From Diplonema japonicum (taxonomy: Eukaryota > Protista > Euglenozoa: Diplonemea), in NCBI GenBank assembly GCA_964019335.1, contig OZ025654.1, forward strand, positions 124,001 to 188,000: a stretch of DNA of 64,000 bases, written 5' to 3'. Every line of letters begins with the position of its first letter. The stretch's first letter is position 1. The position numbers and the translations under genes are program-made. The notes under the pieces were generated by a model. The model saw only the letters and a program-made list of their open reading frames with translations, was not told the origin of the DNA and searched no databases. Below are positions 54,410 to 64,000 of this stretch, one piece after another.

Positions 54410-54980
54410 GATGACGTTGATGAGTACTACGGACAGCGGGCACCCTTGCAGCACCCTGTTCGTCGGTTCAACCGTCGCCGCAACTTGCCGTCAACACCAC
54501 CACCAGAGAGTCTCGATTTGCATAGGGATCTGCAACATCGTGTCGTGCGGGCGAGCCCCTTTTCGAAAACCACTCTGCGAGGGTGTATCCAGCTTTTCTG
54601 CACTGCAGCACCTCCTGCGTCCGTATCGCATGTTCCTGTTGTGCGCTACCTCCCGAAGCTCTCCACGAAAGGCTCCCATGCAGGCTCCGGACCTTCCTCA
54701 CCGAACATCCGCAAAATAGGTCCCCACGCCTCGATGCACGCGACGTCTATCCCCTCAATGTCAGCGGTGGCCGTCCCGTCCCCCTGCTGCATCATGTCCC
54801 CCTGCTGCATCATGTCCCCCTGCTGCATCATGTCCCCCTGCTGCATCATGTCCCCCTGCTGCATCATGTCCTCTGCTGCATCATGCTGATGTTGTATTCC
54901 GCCGGAGTGTATCCCTCGTTGTCCCTGCAGTCCCTTGCCAAGGCCCTCTTCTTTCTTATTCTTCCGCAGAGTGCGACATC
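54410..54980 (-). pseudogene. Decayed, internally deleted RT relic of the same LINE group
   Basis: GIDVACIEAWGPILRMFGEEGPEPAWEPF ~ LIDSVMRKAWKTVFAKYESRPEPLYAPF; QSGFRKG ~ QYGFRTG; TNRVLQGCPLSVVLIN ~ TNGILQGCPISVVLIN. Confidence 0.8.
54779..54885. repeat. 18-bp minisatellite (TCCCCCTGCTGCATCATG), 5 perfect plus 1 variant copy
   Basis: Direct reading. Confidence 0.93.
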
Positions 54981-55053
54981 TGTTTATATTTTTTTTTGCT
55001 CCCCTGCATGCTGGGTGGCACAGGGAATATTGTGTTCATGCCGCCTTTCCCAA

Positions 55054-55121
55054 AAGTACGCCCTCTCGGAAGGTACGCCCTCTCGGAAGGTATGCCTCTC
55101 GAAAGGTACGCCCTCTCGGAA
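55054..55121. repeat. 17-bp tandem repeat (AAGGTACGCCCTCTCGG) x4, imperfect
   Basis: Direct reading. Confidence 0.85.
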
Positions 55122-55532
55122 TGCAATGACAAACACCCAAAAAAGAGTCACGTGGCAAAGAAAAGCTACATCAAGAAGGGAAGAAGAAGGAACCCGTTGC
55201 GCGTTCTGTTGCAAAGGTTGCCGACTGGGGCTACCTTAACCATGGAGGCTGAGGCCACCATAGCCATGGAGAAGCGGAAGTTCCGACGCTACGTCACCAA
55301 GCTGTGGGAAGCTGGCGTTGCCAGAGTGCAACCTGGCCGCATCGATCTTACAAGGTTCAGAGATGCCTAGCCCCGACAACTACAGAGTATAATCCCTCTA
55401 AGGGGGAGCTGTGGTTCTTATAAATAATGGCACAACAAAAGGGAATAAACCTGGCTGCAATCAGAGGTTTAAATCCTGCATTGGAATAGACGACACTGGA
55501 AACGACAAAGGCCAAACAAGAACGGGAAAGAA

Positions 55533-55845
55533 ATATATGAGTTAAAGGAAGTCTTTGTGAGACGCCCCCTTGTTTTCATCCACTACCTGCACCTATCCCC
55601 CTTCAGCAGCGGTTTCTCCTCCTTTGGTGGTCTTGCCGGCCTTCTCCCCAGCTTGGCCGCTTTTTCCCTTCCTTCTCTTGCCCGTTGTCCTTTCAACGCC
55701 TCTAGGTCATGCTTGGTCTTCGGTGATGCAAATATCGCCCTCCTGTTCCATCCGATCACCGCCTCTGTCCTCCCGATGGATCGTAGTGTGTGCACCCTCG
55801 TGCACGGTGGCCCCCGCTGAGAAGCCCTCCTTCCTTTCACCTTCT
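55533..55845 (-). mobile_element. 3' fragment (~310 bp) of element B family
   Basis: RVHTLRSIGRTEAVIGWNRRAIFASPKTKHDL...GDRCR*; same terminus. Confidence 0.92.
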
Positions 55846-56294
55846 GATGATGATGCTGCCTCCTTCTGGAGAGTTTCTCCCCCTCGTGAGGGCCAGGGCC
55901 ACCACATGGAGGTTCCCAGCATCTTTGATTGCGATTATTTTGATTAATTCCAACCAATTTACCAGCCCCTGGTATAAAAAAAAAGAAAAAAAAGAAACAG
56001 GATTAATGAGAAGTAAAAGAGGAAGAAAAGAGAAACCACGAAAAAGTAGCATTCTTTGTCAACTCCGTACAAGGGTCTTTATGCCTATTTTATTTAAAAC
56101 CATGGCTAATGATTGAATTTAAAGAAAAAGAAGGGGTGGGAGGGTGAGTGGAAAAAAAAAAAGAGCAGGGAGAGTGGTATAGAACTAGTTGTAGGAAATT
56201 AAAAAAAAGGGGGGGAGGGGAGGGGGGGACTATGTTTAGTTTGAAGTCAAAAAAAAAAGGCGTTCGTGCAAAAGGGGAAAGAGAAAAAAAAAAT

Positions 56295-56435
56295 GAGTCC
56301 GTCCGAAATGCCAACACCCCTTTTTTTTTTTTTTTGGGGTTCGAAAATTTGATTATTTGAGCAAAAAAGGCATAAACGGCGCTTGGACGGCCGTTCTGCA
56401 CACATGTTGTCCCAGACGAGCTCATTAAGAGGTAA
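56295..56435. repeat. Deleted, inverted relative of the MITE at 58989-59434
   Basis: Shares ATGCCAACAC..GTTCGAAAA..ATTTGAGCAAAAAAGG and GGACGG(C/T)CGTT..CC(A/G)GACGAG blocks. Confidence 0.6.
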
Positions 56436-58067
56436 AGGAGGAATGAGTTAAACCTTGCGGCCTTGCCACAAGTGACATCTGGTACTGATTGTGAACGACA
56501 AAACTTTCATATTGTATTTTTAGTAGGTACCTTGGATTTTACAGGATTTTTATTAACGGGCAGGGCTACCTTGAGAATGACATCCCGAACGGGGAAAAAA
56601 AAGGGGGGGGGGGGAGTGCGACCGTATCTTCGATCTATGTTTACCACTGTGTGTTTAACCACCGTGTGTTTAAGTAGAGAGATTTAAACAAGCAGAAGAA
56701 GAAGAAGAAGAAGAAGAAAGGCTCAGAAAAAAACACTTCCTCAAAGGCACTTTCTTCTTCATCTTCTTTTTTGTTTGTTTGTTTGTTTGTTTGTTTTCAT
56801 TTTTTTTTGTTCCCTCTTTCGTTTTCTTTTGTATAGTGAAAGCTTAGGGGTTGCTTGATTACCGCCTTTGCAAAGGATGCTAATACAAGAGGGAAGGGGG
56901 GGAGGGGGGAACAATCTTTTTTTTTACAAAGAAGTGTTCTCACTTTCAACTCCATTTGCAGCAGCTAACAGCGCTTTGCAAAAGGGGGAATGATGAGGAA
57001 AGTAGTGGCGGATAACAAAACATAAAATGCCTAGTATCGCCTTTGCAAAGGACCTAATACAGGTAGGAGAGCGGGGGGGGAAATGTGATCCTTTTGCGAC
57101 CCCCCCTTTCTTTTTTTTTTCTTTCTTTCTTTCTTTATTTTATTCTTTTTTGAGAGGAAAGAAATAAACGCAAAGCCCTGCCTTGCACTCCACTAGCAGT
57201 AGCTTATGGAATGCTGCATTAGCTTCGCGGCAAATGGTGGGTGGGTGGGGTGGGGAGGCGGGGGGGGGGGGGGACTTCTTTTTTTTTTGTAGCAGAATAT
57301 CTTCTTTTCTACGTGGCGTGTTGTCCCCCTTTCTTTTTGTTTAGATTCGAGGGGGTTAATATAAGTTTTTGATGCCCTTAAGGGCATTTAGCTTGCTCTT
57401 TGACACTGGTGATAGATTGCAACACTCAAGGAAGGCTTCTCGGACCCATGCTTGATGCACCCCGAAACACAAAAAAGAAACAAGAAGAAAACAAAAGCCG
57501 CCCCTACAAGGAACTCGGGGGGTCCTCATCTTTCGTCGGGTGGCTTGCAGCAGTACTTCCCCCCCCCCTTTTTTTTTCCTTCTTTTTTCATCTCGTTCAC
57601 AAAATAGTTTTTTTTCTTCTTCTTTTTTCCCATACAGAAACGTTTGCCCGTTTCTCGCCAACATAACTAGGGGGGGCTGAAGCCAAAGCCAAATGCGACC
57701 CATGCTCCTCACTGTTTGCCTCATTCTTGTCTCTCCGCCGAGCACCAGACTTCCCTGAAATAACTAGCGGAAAAAAAAAGAGAAAAAGAAATATAGTGTT
57801 TTGACTTTTACTGTGTTTAGATTGCCCCCCAAAGGAGGGGGGAGGGAGCAAAAGCTGTCTACAATCTCTTTTTTTTTGCGATACTGTACTGGCCAGGCTG
57901 ATGCTGCCATGATCTTTCTGCCTCGTCTTGGTACAAACGCCTTTTCTTTTTTGATAGTAGGAACTAAAAAGGAAATAGAAAAAATGGAAGGGTGGCAGCG
58001 TTCGAAGGGCTGCTGTCAGCAGAACAGGTTGAGATAAGAATCAATTCCAAGAAGTGAAAAAGAAATG

Positions 58068-58102
<35 letters not shown>

Positions 58103-58517
58103 ATACCTGTAAAGATTAACCAACTGGCGCTGCCAACGAACAGTTCAAAATACTGACAAAAAAAAAAAAATAGCTATTTTATTAAAAAATGAAAATCAGA
58201 TAGCCTGATTTTTATTCAATACTACATTTTATTTAATGATGAGGTGCTCTCGCAAAGAATTTTGGTGCTGAGTGGGCACCGCATCTTTACACGGTACTTG
58301 TTTAGCATGTGCGACGCGGCGGCTGGATGTTTACGTGTATGACAAACACGAGTACTGAGTGCTGTTAAAGAAGTGGGCTCCTCTTCACCATCTGCGGCAA
58401 AAAGCAGATGGTGCCAAACCTCCCCCTCCTACCGCTGTTGGAAGCGCGTCTTCCATCACAGTTTTTGCTACAGTGAAACCTGATTTTATTCTTCCAGCCT
58501 AAATTCTTTAAGAGAGC

Positions 58518-58562
<45 letters not shown>

Positions 58563-58819
58563 AATTTGCAAAACAGCGGAGTCTGTTTTTCAAAAAAAAA
58601 AAGGGGGGGGGAAACAAAAAAGAAAAAGATTAATTTCGGTGCGGGTGGATGCTCACCGAAAAAAAAAAGAAAAAAAAAAACCCCCCCAGTAATATACTCG
58701 TACCAATTTTTTTAACTCACATGCCATGTTAAGCCAAATACTTAGACGGTAAAAGAAATGTTAGGAAGTGTAAATAGTTGTGTAAGACAAAAAAAGAAAT
58801 AGAAAAAGAATATAAAAAA

Positions 58820-58850
58820 GGAGGAACTGGCCGTTGTTTGCACGTGCCGG
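58820..58850 (-). repeat. Partial solo terminal repeat of the YR element
   Basis: GAGGAACTGGCCGTTGTTTGCACGTGCCGG. Confidence 0.7.
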
Positions 58851-58988
58851 TTTTTATATATATAGAAAAAAAAAAAAAAAAAAAGGAGAACAAAAAACAT
58901 TTTGGTAGCTTCGTTTCTTTTTTTTTTCCTCTTTTTTTTTCCCCTTTTTTGATATGATCGCGTTTTTCCAAAAAAAAAAAAAAAAAAA

Positions 58989-59434
58989 CTCGTCCGGGGA
59001 AAAATGTCACAAACGACCGTCCGACACCACTTCGTGTGCAGTATTGCGGACGAGGGTAGGGAATGTAAGTTGGCCAAAGATACCAATGTCGAAGCTCTGC
59101 ATGAGCAGGCAAATGCTAAGAATTGGTTTTTCTGAAGCCCTTAGGAACCCCTTGAAAAAGCAAAAAATAGGGTGTAAAACACCAGATTTTCGGGGGATAA
59201 GGTAGTACCATATATTATTCTGTTTTTCGCTTCCCGGGGGCAGCCGGTTGCAAAGCCTGCCACCCTCATGGCAAAACAAGCATCGCAATTGAAAGAACGG
59301 CAACAGGTACACCATATATGTCATCTTCCTATGGTTGCATGCTTTCCTTTTTTTGCTCAAATGATCAAAACAAAAGGTTTTCGAACTGTCAAAAAAGTGT
59401 TGGCATCCCGAAGATTTTAATCCGGACGAGCTCA
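58989..59434. mobile_element. MITE-like element, probably piggyBac-derived
   Basis: Inverted CTCGTCCGG/CCGGACGAG ends; CTTCCTATGGTTGCATGCT..CCTTTTTTTG is shared with the piggyBac relic near 45435. Confidence 0.6.
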
Positions 59435-60979
59435 TATATATATTTCTTTTTTGCAATGTCAACAAAAAAACGAATAGAAAAAAAAAAAAAAACCATCACC
59501 ATGATAGAATAGTTTAGCAACGACCCGCTAAAGAAGAACAAACATACCCATTTTTTAAAGATTTCCGATTTTATTTTTTTTCCTTTCTTTTTTTATCTCT
59601 TTCTCTCTTCTTTTTTTTTTTTTTTTGCTTTGCGAAACAGCGAGTCCGAAGAAAAAGAGGGAAAAAAAAAAAAAAAAAAGAAGAAGAAAAAAACTGTACC
59701 AAAAAAAAAAAAATCTACGGAACCTACAAAAGTGCTGGCAATATACTCTTATAGGGGGGGGGGGGGGGGTCGATATTTTGCGCATGCAGCCCAAATCCTG
59801 AGATAAGTACTACATAGAGAATACCATTTCAGTGCTTAAACTACCTAGATAGATAGATACGAAATGACTTTCTCTTGTTCCTCTTCTTTTTCTTATTCAC
59901 TACACCGCAGGTTTTGCAGATTTAAAAAAAAAAAAAAAAAAAAAAAAACAATAGAAAACTGATTACTAGATAGGAAAGGGGAGTATAGATAACGTTGTTG
60001 CCCCGTGTTAGCAGGAACAGAGCGGGGGGTAAAAAAAAGGTAGGGGGGGGTAAAAAAGTATTCATCTCTTTTTGTTTATTTTTATGTTCTTCTTTTTCTT
60101 TTCTTTTCTTTTTTTTTGAGGGCGAAAAAGAAAACAAAAAAAAATGGCTTCTTTAACCTACTACAGAGCTGCAAAGCTAGTTATTCGCACTTTCCTTATT
60201 ATTATTATTATTTTTTTTTTTTTGGCGCCTTCTTCTAACAATTATACATATAGTTGTAACTTATTTTTGTTTTTTTTTTTGTTTTTTTTATTTTTTTTAT
60301 TTTTTGTTTTATTTTTTGCAAAAGCTAGTTTTTCTTAACTTGCAGTGGTTAAAAGCCATAAGGACAGGTTCGACATAGCAAGTCCAAAGAGTAGATGGTT
60401 TTTCTTTTACCACCCAACTTTTTTTTTTTTTCCTCTTTAAATCCTTCTTTAAATTTTCGAATTATAAAACCCATGTGAAAAGGAAAAAAATGATCTAGGC
60501 GATAAATACCAAAAATCAGTTAATCACACAGCCTCCCGTGCGTTGTATAATGGGTACAGAAACACGAAATTATACTTTTCCTACTTAAACAACGGTGGGC
60601 AGTGTACGAGGCTTCTCTTTTATTGTATGGGGCTTCATGTTCTGGTTTGGTCATGGTTTTATAATCTCAATTTTCATAACAATGATAATGTTGTTTAAAT
60701 GTTTTTTAAAAAAAAAACAGAAGGATATGGGGGAAAGAAAGGGGACAGAAGGAAAGTCACCAAAGATATGATCTTTTGGTATATTTGCCCCCCCCTCCCC
60801 CCCCACTCCGACCCACCAAGGTAAAGAAGGGGGGAAAAAAAAGGGGGGGGGAAAAGAATTACCCTGTTTCTGTGCATTTCTAAAAACCTAGGGTATAGCT
60901 ACTCCACCTGTGGAACAAAAAAGAAAAAAAAGAAAGAAAGGGGAAAAAAAAAAAAAAAAACGGCAACTAGATAGACGAT

Positions 60980-63862
60980 TTACCTAACGTTGGGTGACAT
61001 GAGAAGGCTCTGCTCTTCGTCAGGTGGGCACACTTCGTATACAGGCACAGGGGGGCTGTTTGGATAGTCAAATTCATCGATTTTGTTGAGCTGGCAGGAA
61101 CTGTACTTCTTCGCTGTTCCCAGGAGGTCGGTGTAGAGGCCCTGCACCCTGTGCTCCAGGGTCGCTCTTGACAGCCTTCCCGCTGTGTCCACGCACTTCC
61201 CCATCACATTCACGAAGCGCTTGGATGATGTGCCCACGTGCCCCATGAGGGCGTGCCCTGTGCACAGCCCAACCTGCAGCCCCTTCACTCCGGAGGATGA
61301 CACGGCGAAGGAGATGGACTGCCGTTGTGCGAACAGCACGAACTGCAAACTGTTCTCCACATGTGCTGTGCACTTCCTTGTGGTGTTCCAAGCCAGGTAC
61401 ACCGACGACCCCACCACTGAGACCACTGTCCCCTGTGTCCGCTCCATCTGTGTGAACAGTGTCCCCATCGCCTCCCCGACAGGCACCTGTGGTTCCGTAT
61501 ATTTTTCAAGATCCTCCCCGAACACGATGTCAACCTGCCCCACAGTCACCGAGTCCCTCGCCACCAGAAGGTCGCCTCCTCTGGTCACTTCTTTTTGTGC
61601 CCGCATCACTGTTATCGACACAGATGACCCTCCGGAGATGCTCTTTGCTGCTGCGCCTGTCTGCAGGTCTACTAGCATCCCCTCTGTTCGCTGCGCCAAG
61701 GATTGCGGGACCAGTAGCATGACCTCTGCCTTTTCCGCGATCCCGTGTAGAGCACGCTCCCCCATGCTCAGCACTGCAGGGTTTTTCAAGCATCCCAGCA
61801 TCTGCGAGAGGGGGGATGGCATCGTTGATGTGTACCTGTAGCGTAAGTTGGACGATATTGGGGAACTTGGGGACCTTGGCGAGATGGACGCGTCATCCTG
61901 TGCAAGGAGGTCGAGGACGTCTTGGGTTGTGGCGACGCCACCTGCGAGGCAGGTTGACTCCAGACGCGCTGCCTTGTTCACTGTTGTCCCGAAGTAGTCG
62001 CGTCGTCCTGTCAGATCGTTCACCTGCACGTCCACCTCACCGCACTGCACACCAATACGCACACGGAGCCCGTTCATCCCGTCCTCTTTGCTGCACCACG
62101 GGAGGGCCAACAAAGCCGCGGGCCATGTCGAAGCGTGCAGCTCCTCCTGCACTGAGAGGGCGAACCGGAGCGCATCTACAGGCCTCTCGAAGGCCACCAT
62201 GAAGGAGTCCCCGATCGTCTTCACCTCGTAGCCCCCGTACTGCACCAAGCATCTCCTGATGGCCTCGTTGTGGACCTGCAGCCCTTTCTTCATCCCGTCG
62301 GGACACGCCTCCCACGTCGCGGTCGATGATTTGATGTCCGTGAAGACGATGGCGGCGGTCCCGTTCCCTTGGCCGGGTGCCTGCACCATCTGCGTGTTCC
62401 CCGCGAACTCCCGGGAGTCGGACTGCAACAGCCCCATGAACAGGGCCTCGGGGATGTATGGTTTGTAGGTCTTTAGGATGCGTACGATCTTCACGAAGGA
62501 GGCCTGCACAGCGGTCGGCTGCTCGATGTCCAGCAGGTAGTCCAGCTCGTCGAGTTCCATGCGCGCAACCTGCTCTGCCAGGTCCCCTGCAATGCGTGTC
62601 GTGTTGTACATTTTCTTCAGCATTCTCGTCTGCGCCGTTGTTCTCCACATCACAGCGCTCGCAATGAGCACGAACAGCACGACGCCACCCACGGGGCCCA
62701 GGATAAGAGGGAGTAAGTCCTTGCTCGTTGGGTCCGGGGTCTCGCAGGACACTCCTGACGACTCGGAGCACAGACAGTTCCCCAGCACGCACTGCCCTCT
62801 CCCGCTGCAGTTCAATGGACACTCCTGCAATGAGAACACATACAGGTCCTCGTTGACGTAGGTTCCGTTGTTGTCCATTGTGCCCCCTACCACCACGAGG
62901 AGGCCCTTGTACGTCAGCACGGCCATCTTGGACACGCCAGGGATCCACTCACCAGGGAGGTTCGTGCGGTTCACCCTCGACCATCTCTCCGGGGAGCTCA
63001 CGTTCAAAAGGGCGATGCCGTTGTTCGGGGCCAGCTCGCCTTTGCCCCCCACGTCGCCCATCAGCAGGATGATGTCGTTGCCGAGGTACGTCGCGTAGTG
63101 CTCTTCGCCAGCAAGGTCGGTGTTCACGAGCTGCCATGTGCTGTCGGGCTGCGAGGTGTCGAAGGAGAGGGTGTTGGGCTGCGCCACCTCGCCGTAGGTG
63201 ACGGTGCCGCCGATGACGAAGGCTTTGTTCCCGATGCCTGCGCCCCCGGGGTCCTCGATGCTGAGCATGGGCTCTACCCTTACCTCCCAGCTATCGGTGT
63301 TCTTGTTGTAGAGGTACCAGTTGGTCGACAACCGCACAGCGTTGCCCGCGACCACAATGAAGTCAGTAGTGTCGATCGGCACAAATTCGTTCGAGATTTC
63401 ATCATCCCCAGGAGCTAAAGGGTCCGTCCCCTTAGATGCGATCCGTGACCATGTCAAGGTGATCGTGTCGAACTTCCATGAAATATCCTCTTCGCCGCCT
63501 ATCAGGTAGACCAAAGAACGCGCCTCGTCGCAGAGCAGGAAGTGGCCCGCACGCTTGTTCGGGGCCGACGTGCTGTTCACCGTTACCACCGCCCACCGAA
63601 GGGTTTGCATGTTGAGCTGGTAGAAGGTGCCCCTCTTGTCCCCACTAAGGAGGTCTTCCCCACCGTGAAGGTACAAGGTGTCTCCTAGTATACATGTAGC
63701 GGGTTCTTGTACAGGCGGGACGTTCAGGTTCCCTGGGTCATTGAAGATCCCTTTCACCACACCCCACTGCACGCCGGGCTGGATAGCATCCTCTACCAGA
63801 CCGCCTGTTGCAGCGCAGATCATTGCGAGCAATGCGAGCAATTCATGATGATGACGGTTCAT
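60980..63862 (-). CDS. Receptor-type adenylate cyclase: signal, kelch-like propeller, EGF, TM, cyclase, degenerate cyclase
   Basis: LYLHGG, VYLIGG, FVIGG, VVVGG; CPLNCSGRGQCVLGNCLC; one TM; IVFTDIKSST, GYEVKTIGDSFMVAF, DYFGTTVNKAARLE. Confidence 0.92.
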   Translation of the reverse strand: MNRHHHELLALLAMICAATGGLVEDAIQPGVQWGVVKGIFNDPGNLNVPPVQEPATCILGDTLYLHGGEDLLSGDKRGTFYQLNMQTLRWAVVTVNSTSAPNKRAGHFLLCDEARSLVYLIGGEEDISWKFDTITLTWSRIASKGTDPLAPGDDEISNEFVPIDTTDFIVVAGNAVRLSTNWYLYNKNTDSWEVRVEPMLSIEDPGGAGIGNKAFVIGGTVTYGEVAQPNTLSFDTSQPDSTWQLVNTDLAGEEHYATYLGNDIILLMGDVGGKGELAPNNGIALLNVSSPERWSRVNRTNLPGEWIPGVSKMAVLTYKGLLVVVGGTMDNNGTYVNEDLYVFSLQECPLNCSGRGQCVLGNCLCSESSGVSCETPDPTSKDLLPLILGPVGGVVLFVLIASAVMWRTTAQTRMLKKMYNTTRIAGDLAEQVARMELDELDYLLDIEQPTAVQASFVKIVRILKTYKPYIPEALFMGLLQSDSREFAGNTQMVQAPGQGNGTAAIVFTDIKSSTATWEACPDGMKKGLQVHNEAIRRCLVQYGGYEVKTIGDSFMVAFERPVDALRFALSVQEELHASTWPAALLALPWCSKEDGMNGLRVRIGVQCGEVDVQVNDLTGRRDYFGTTVNKAARLESTCLAGGVATTQDVLDLLAQDDASISPRSPSSPISSNLRYRYTSTMPSPLSQMLGCLKNPAVLSMGERALHGIAEKAEVMLLVPQSLAQRTEGMLVDLQTGAAAKSISGGSSVSITVMRAQKEVTRGGDLLVARDSVTVGQVDIVFGEDLEKYTEPQVPVGEAMGTLFTQMERTQGTVVSVVGSSVYLAWNTTRKCTAHVENSLQFVLFAQRQSISFAVSSSGVKGLQVGLCTGHALMGHVGTSSKRFVNVMGKCVDTAGRLSRATLEHRVQGLYTDLLGTAKKYSSCQLNKIDEFDYPNSPPVPVYEVCPPDEEQSLLMSPNVR

Positions 63863-64000
63863 TGGTGCGTCGTCCTACCCCCTTTGCCTTGTATTATGTT
63901 GCGCTGTGAGGGAGGGAGGGGGGAGAAAAAAAAAGAATGACACGGAGCTAGCATTTGACGGGAACAAATCTTTTAACCTGATGACGCCACAATGCGTTTA

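Noticed and set aside
54300-54443. N-terminal ORF extensions (also 21814-21915, 42856-42954, 17736-17811)
   Set aside because: They start at non-ATG codons or run through homopolymer spacer or RT relic; downstream ATGs or element boundaries fit better.
56863-57080. Direct repeat CGCCTTTGCAAAGGA..CTAATACA about 175 bp apart
   Set aside because: Probably a local duplication; no structure or further copies seen.
58171-58519. Possible MITE with TAGCT termini
   Set aside because: Inverted match too short and AT-rich to support.
1-64000. tRNA, rRNA, snRNA or spliced-leader RNA genes
   Set aside because: None recognised by eye; a covariance-model scan would be needed to exclude them.

Overview
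Eukaryotic, not prokaryotic, DNA. Ten long, apparently intronless host genes all lie on the minus strand, separated by homopolymer-rich spacers. This is the unidirectional-cluster layout of Euglenozoa; a diplonemid-like protist is my inference from gene content. Host genes: two class III adenylate cyclases, a STE/MAP3K-like kinase, a DTPAP-mucin multipass membrane protein, a four-member CUB-(mucin stalk)-EGF-SEA-like-TM surface protein array, a C2 protein and a ZZ/MIB-HERC2/5xSPRY-like/kinase fusion. The spacers hold many mobile elements: two related APE-type non-LTR retrotransposons plus 3' fragments, a VIPER/TATE-like tyrosine-recombinase element with dispersed solo terminal repeats, a piggyBac relic and several MITE-like elements. 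Best leads: (1) both LINEs show a C1-like Zn finger, then a translational break (in-frame UGA-CUA in one, -1 overlap in the other), then a non-canonical 2A-like motif before the endonuclease; (2) these LINEs end in T-tracts rather than poly(A) and are all co-oriented with host transcription; (3) a SIRE-like solo repeat family; (4) degenerate HDV-like ribozyme folds; (5) a stalk-length series of near-identical CUB receptors. All alignments were done by eye; no searches were run.
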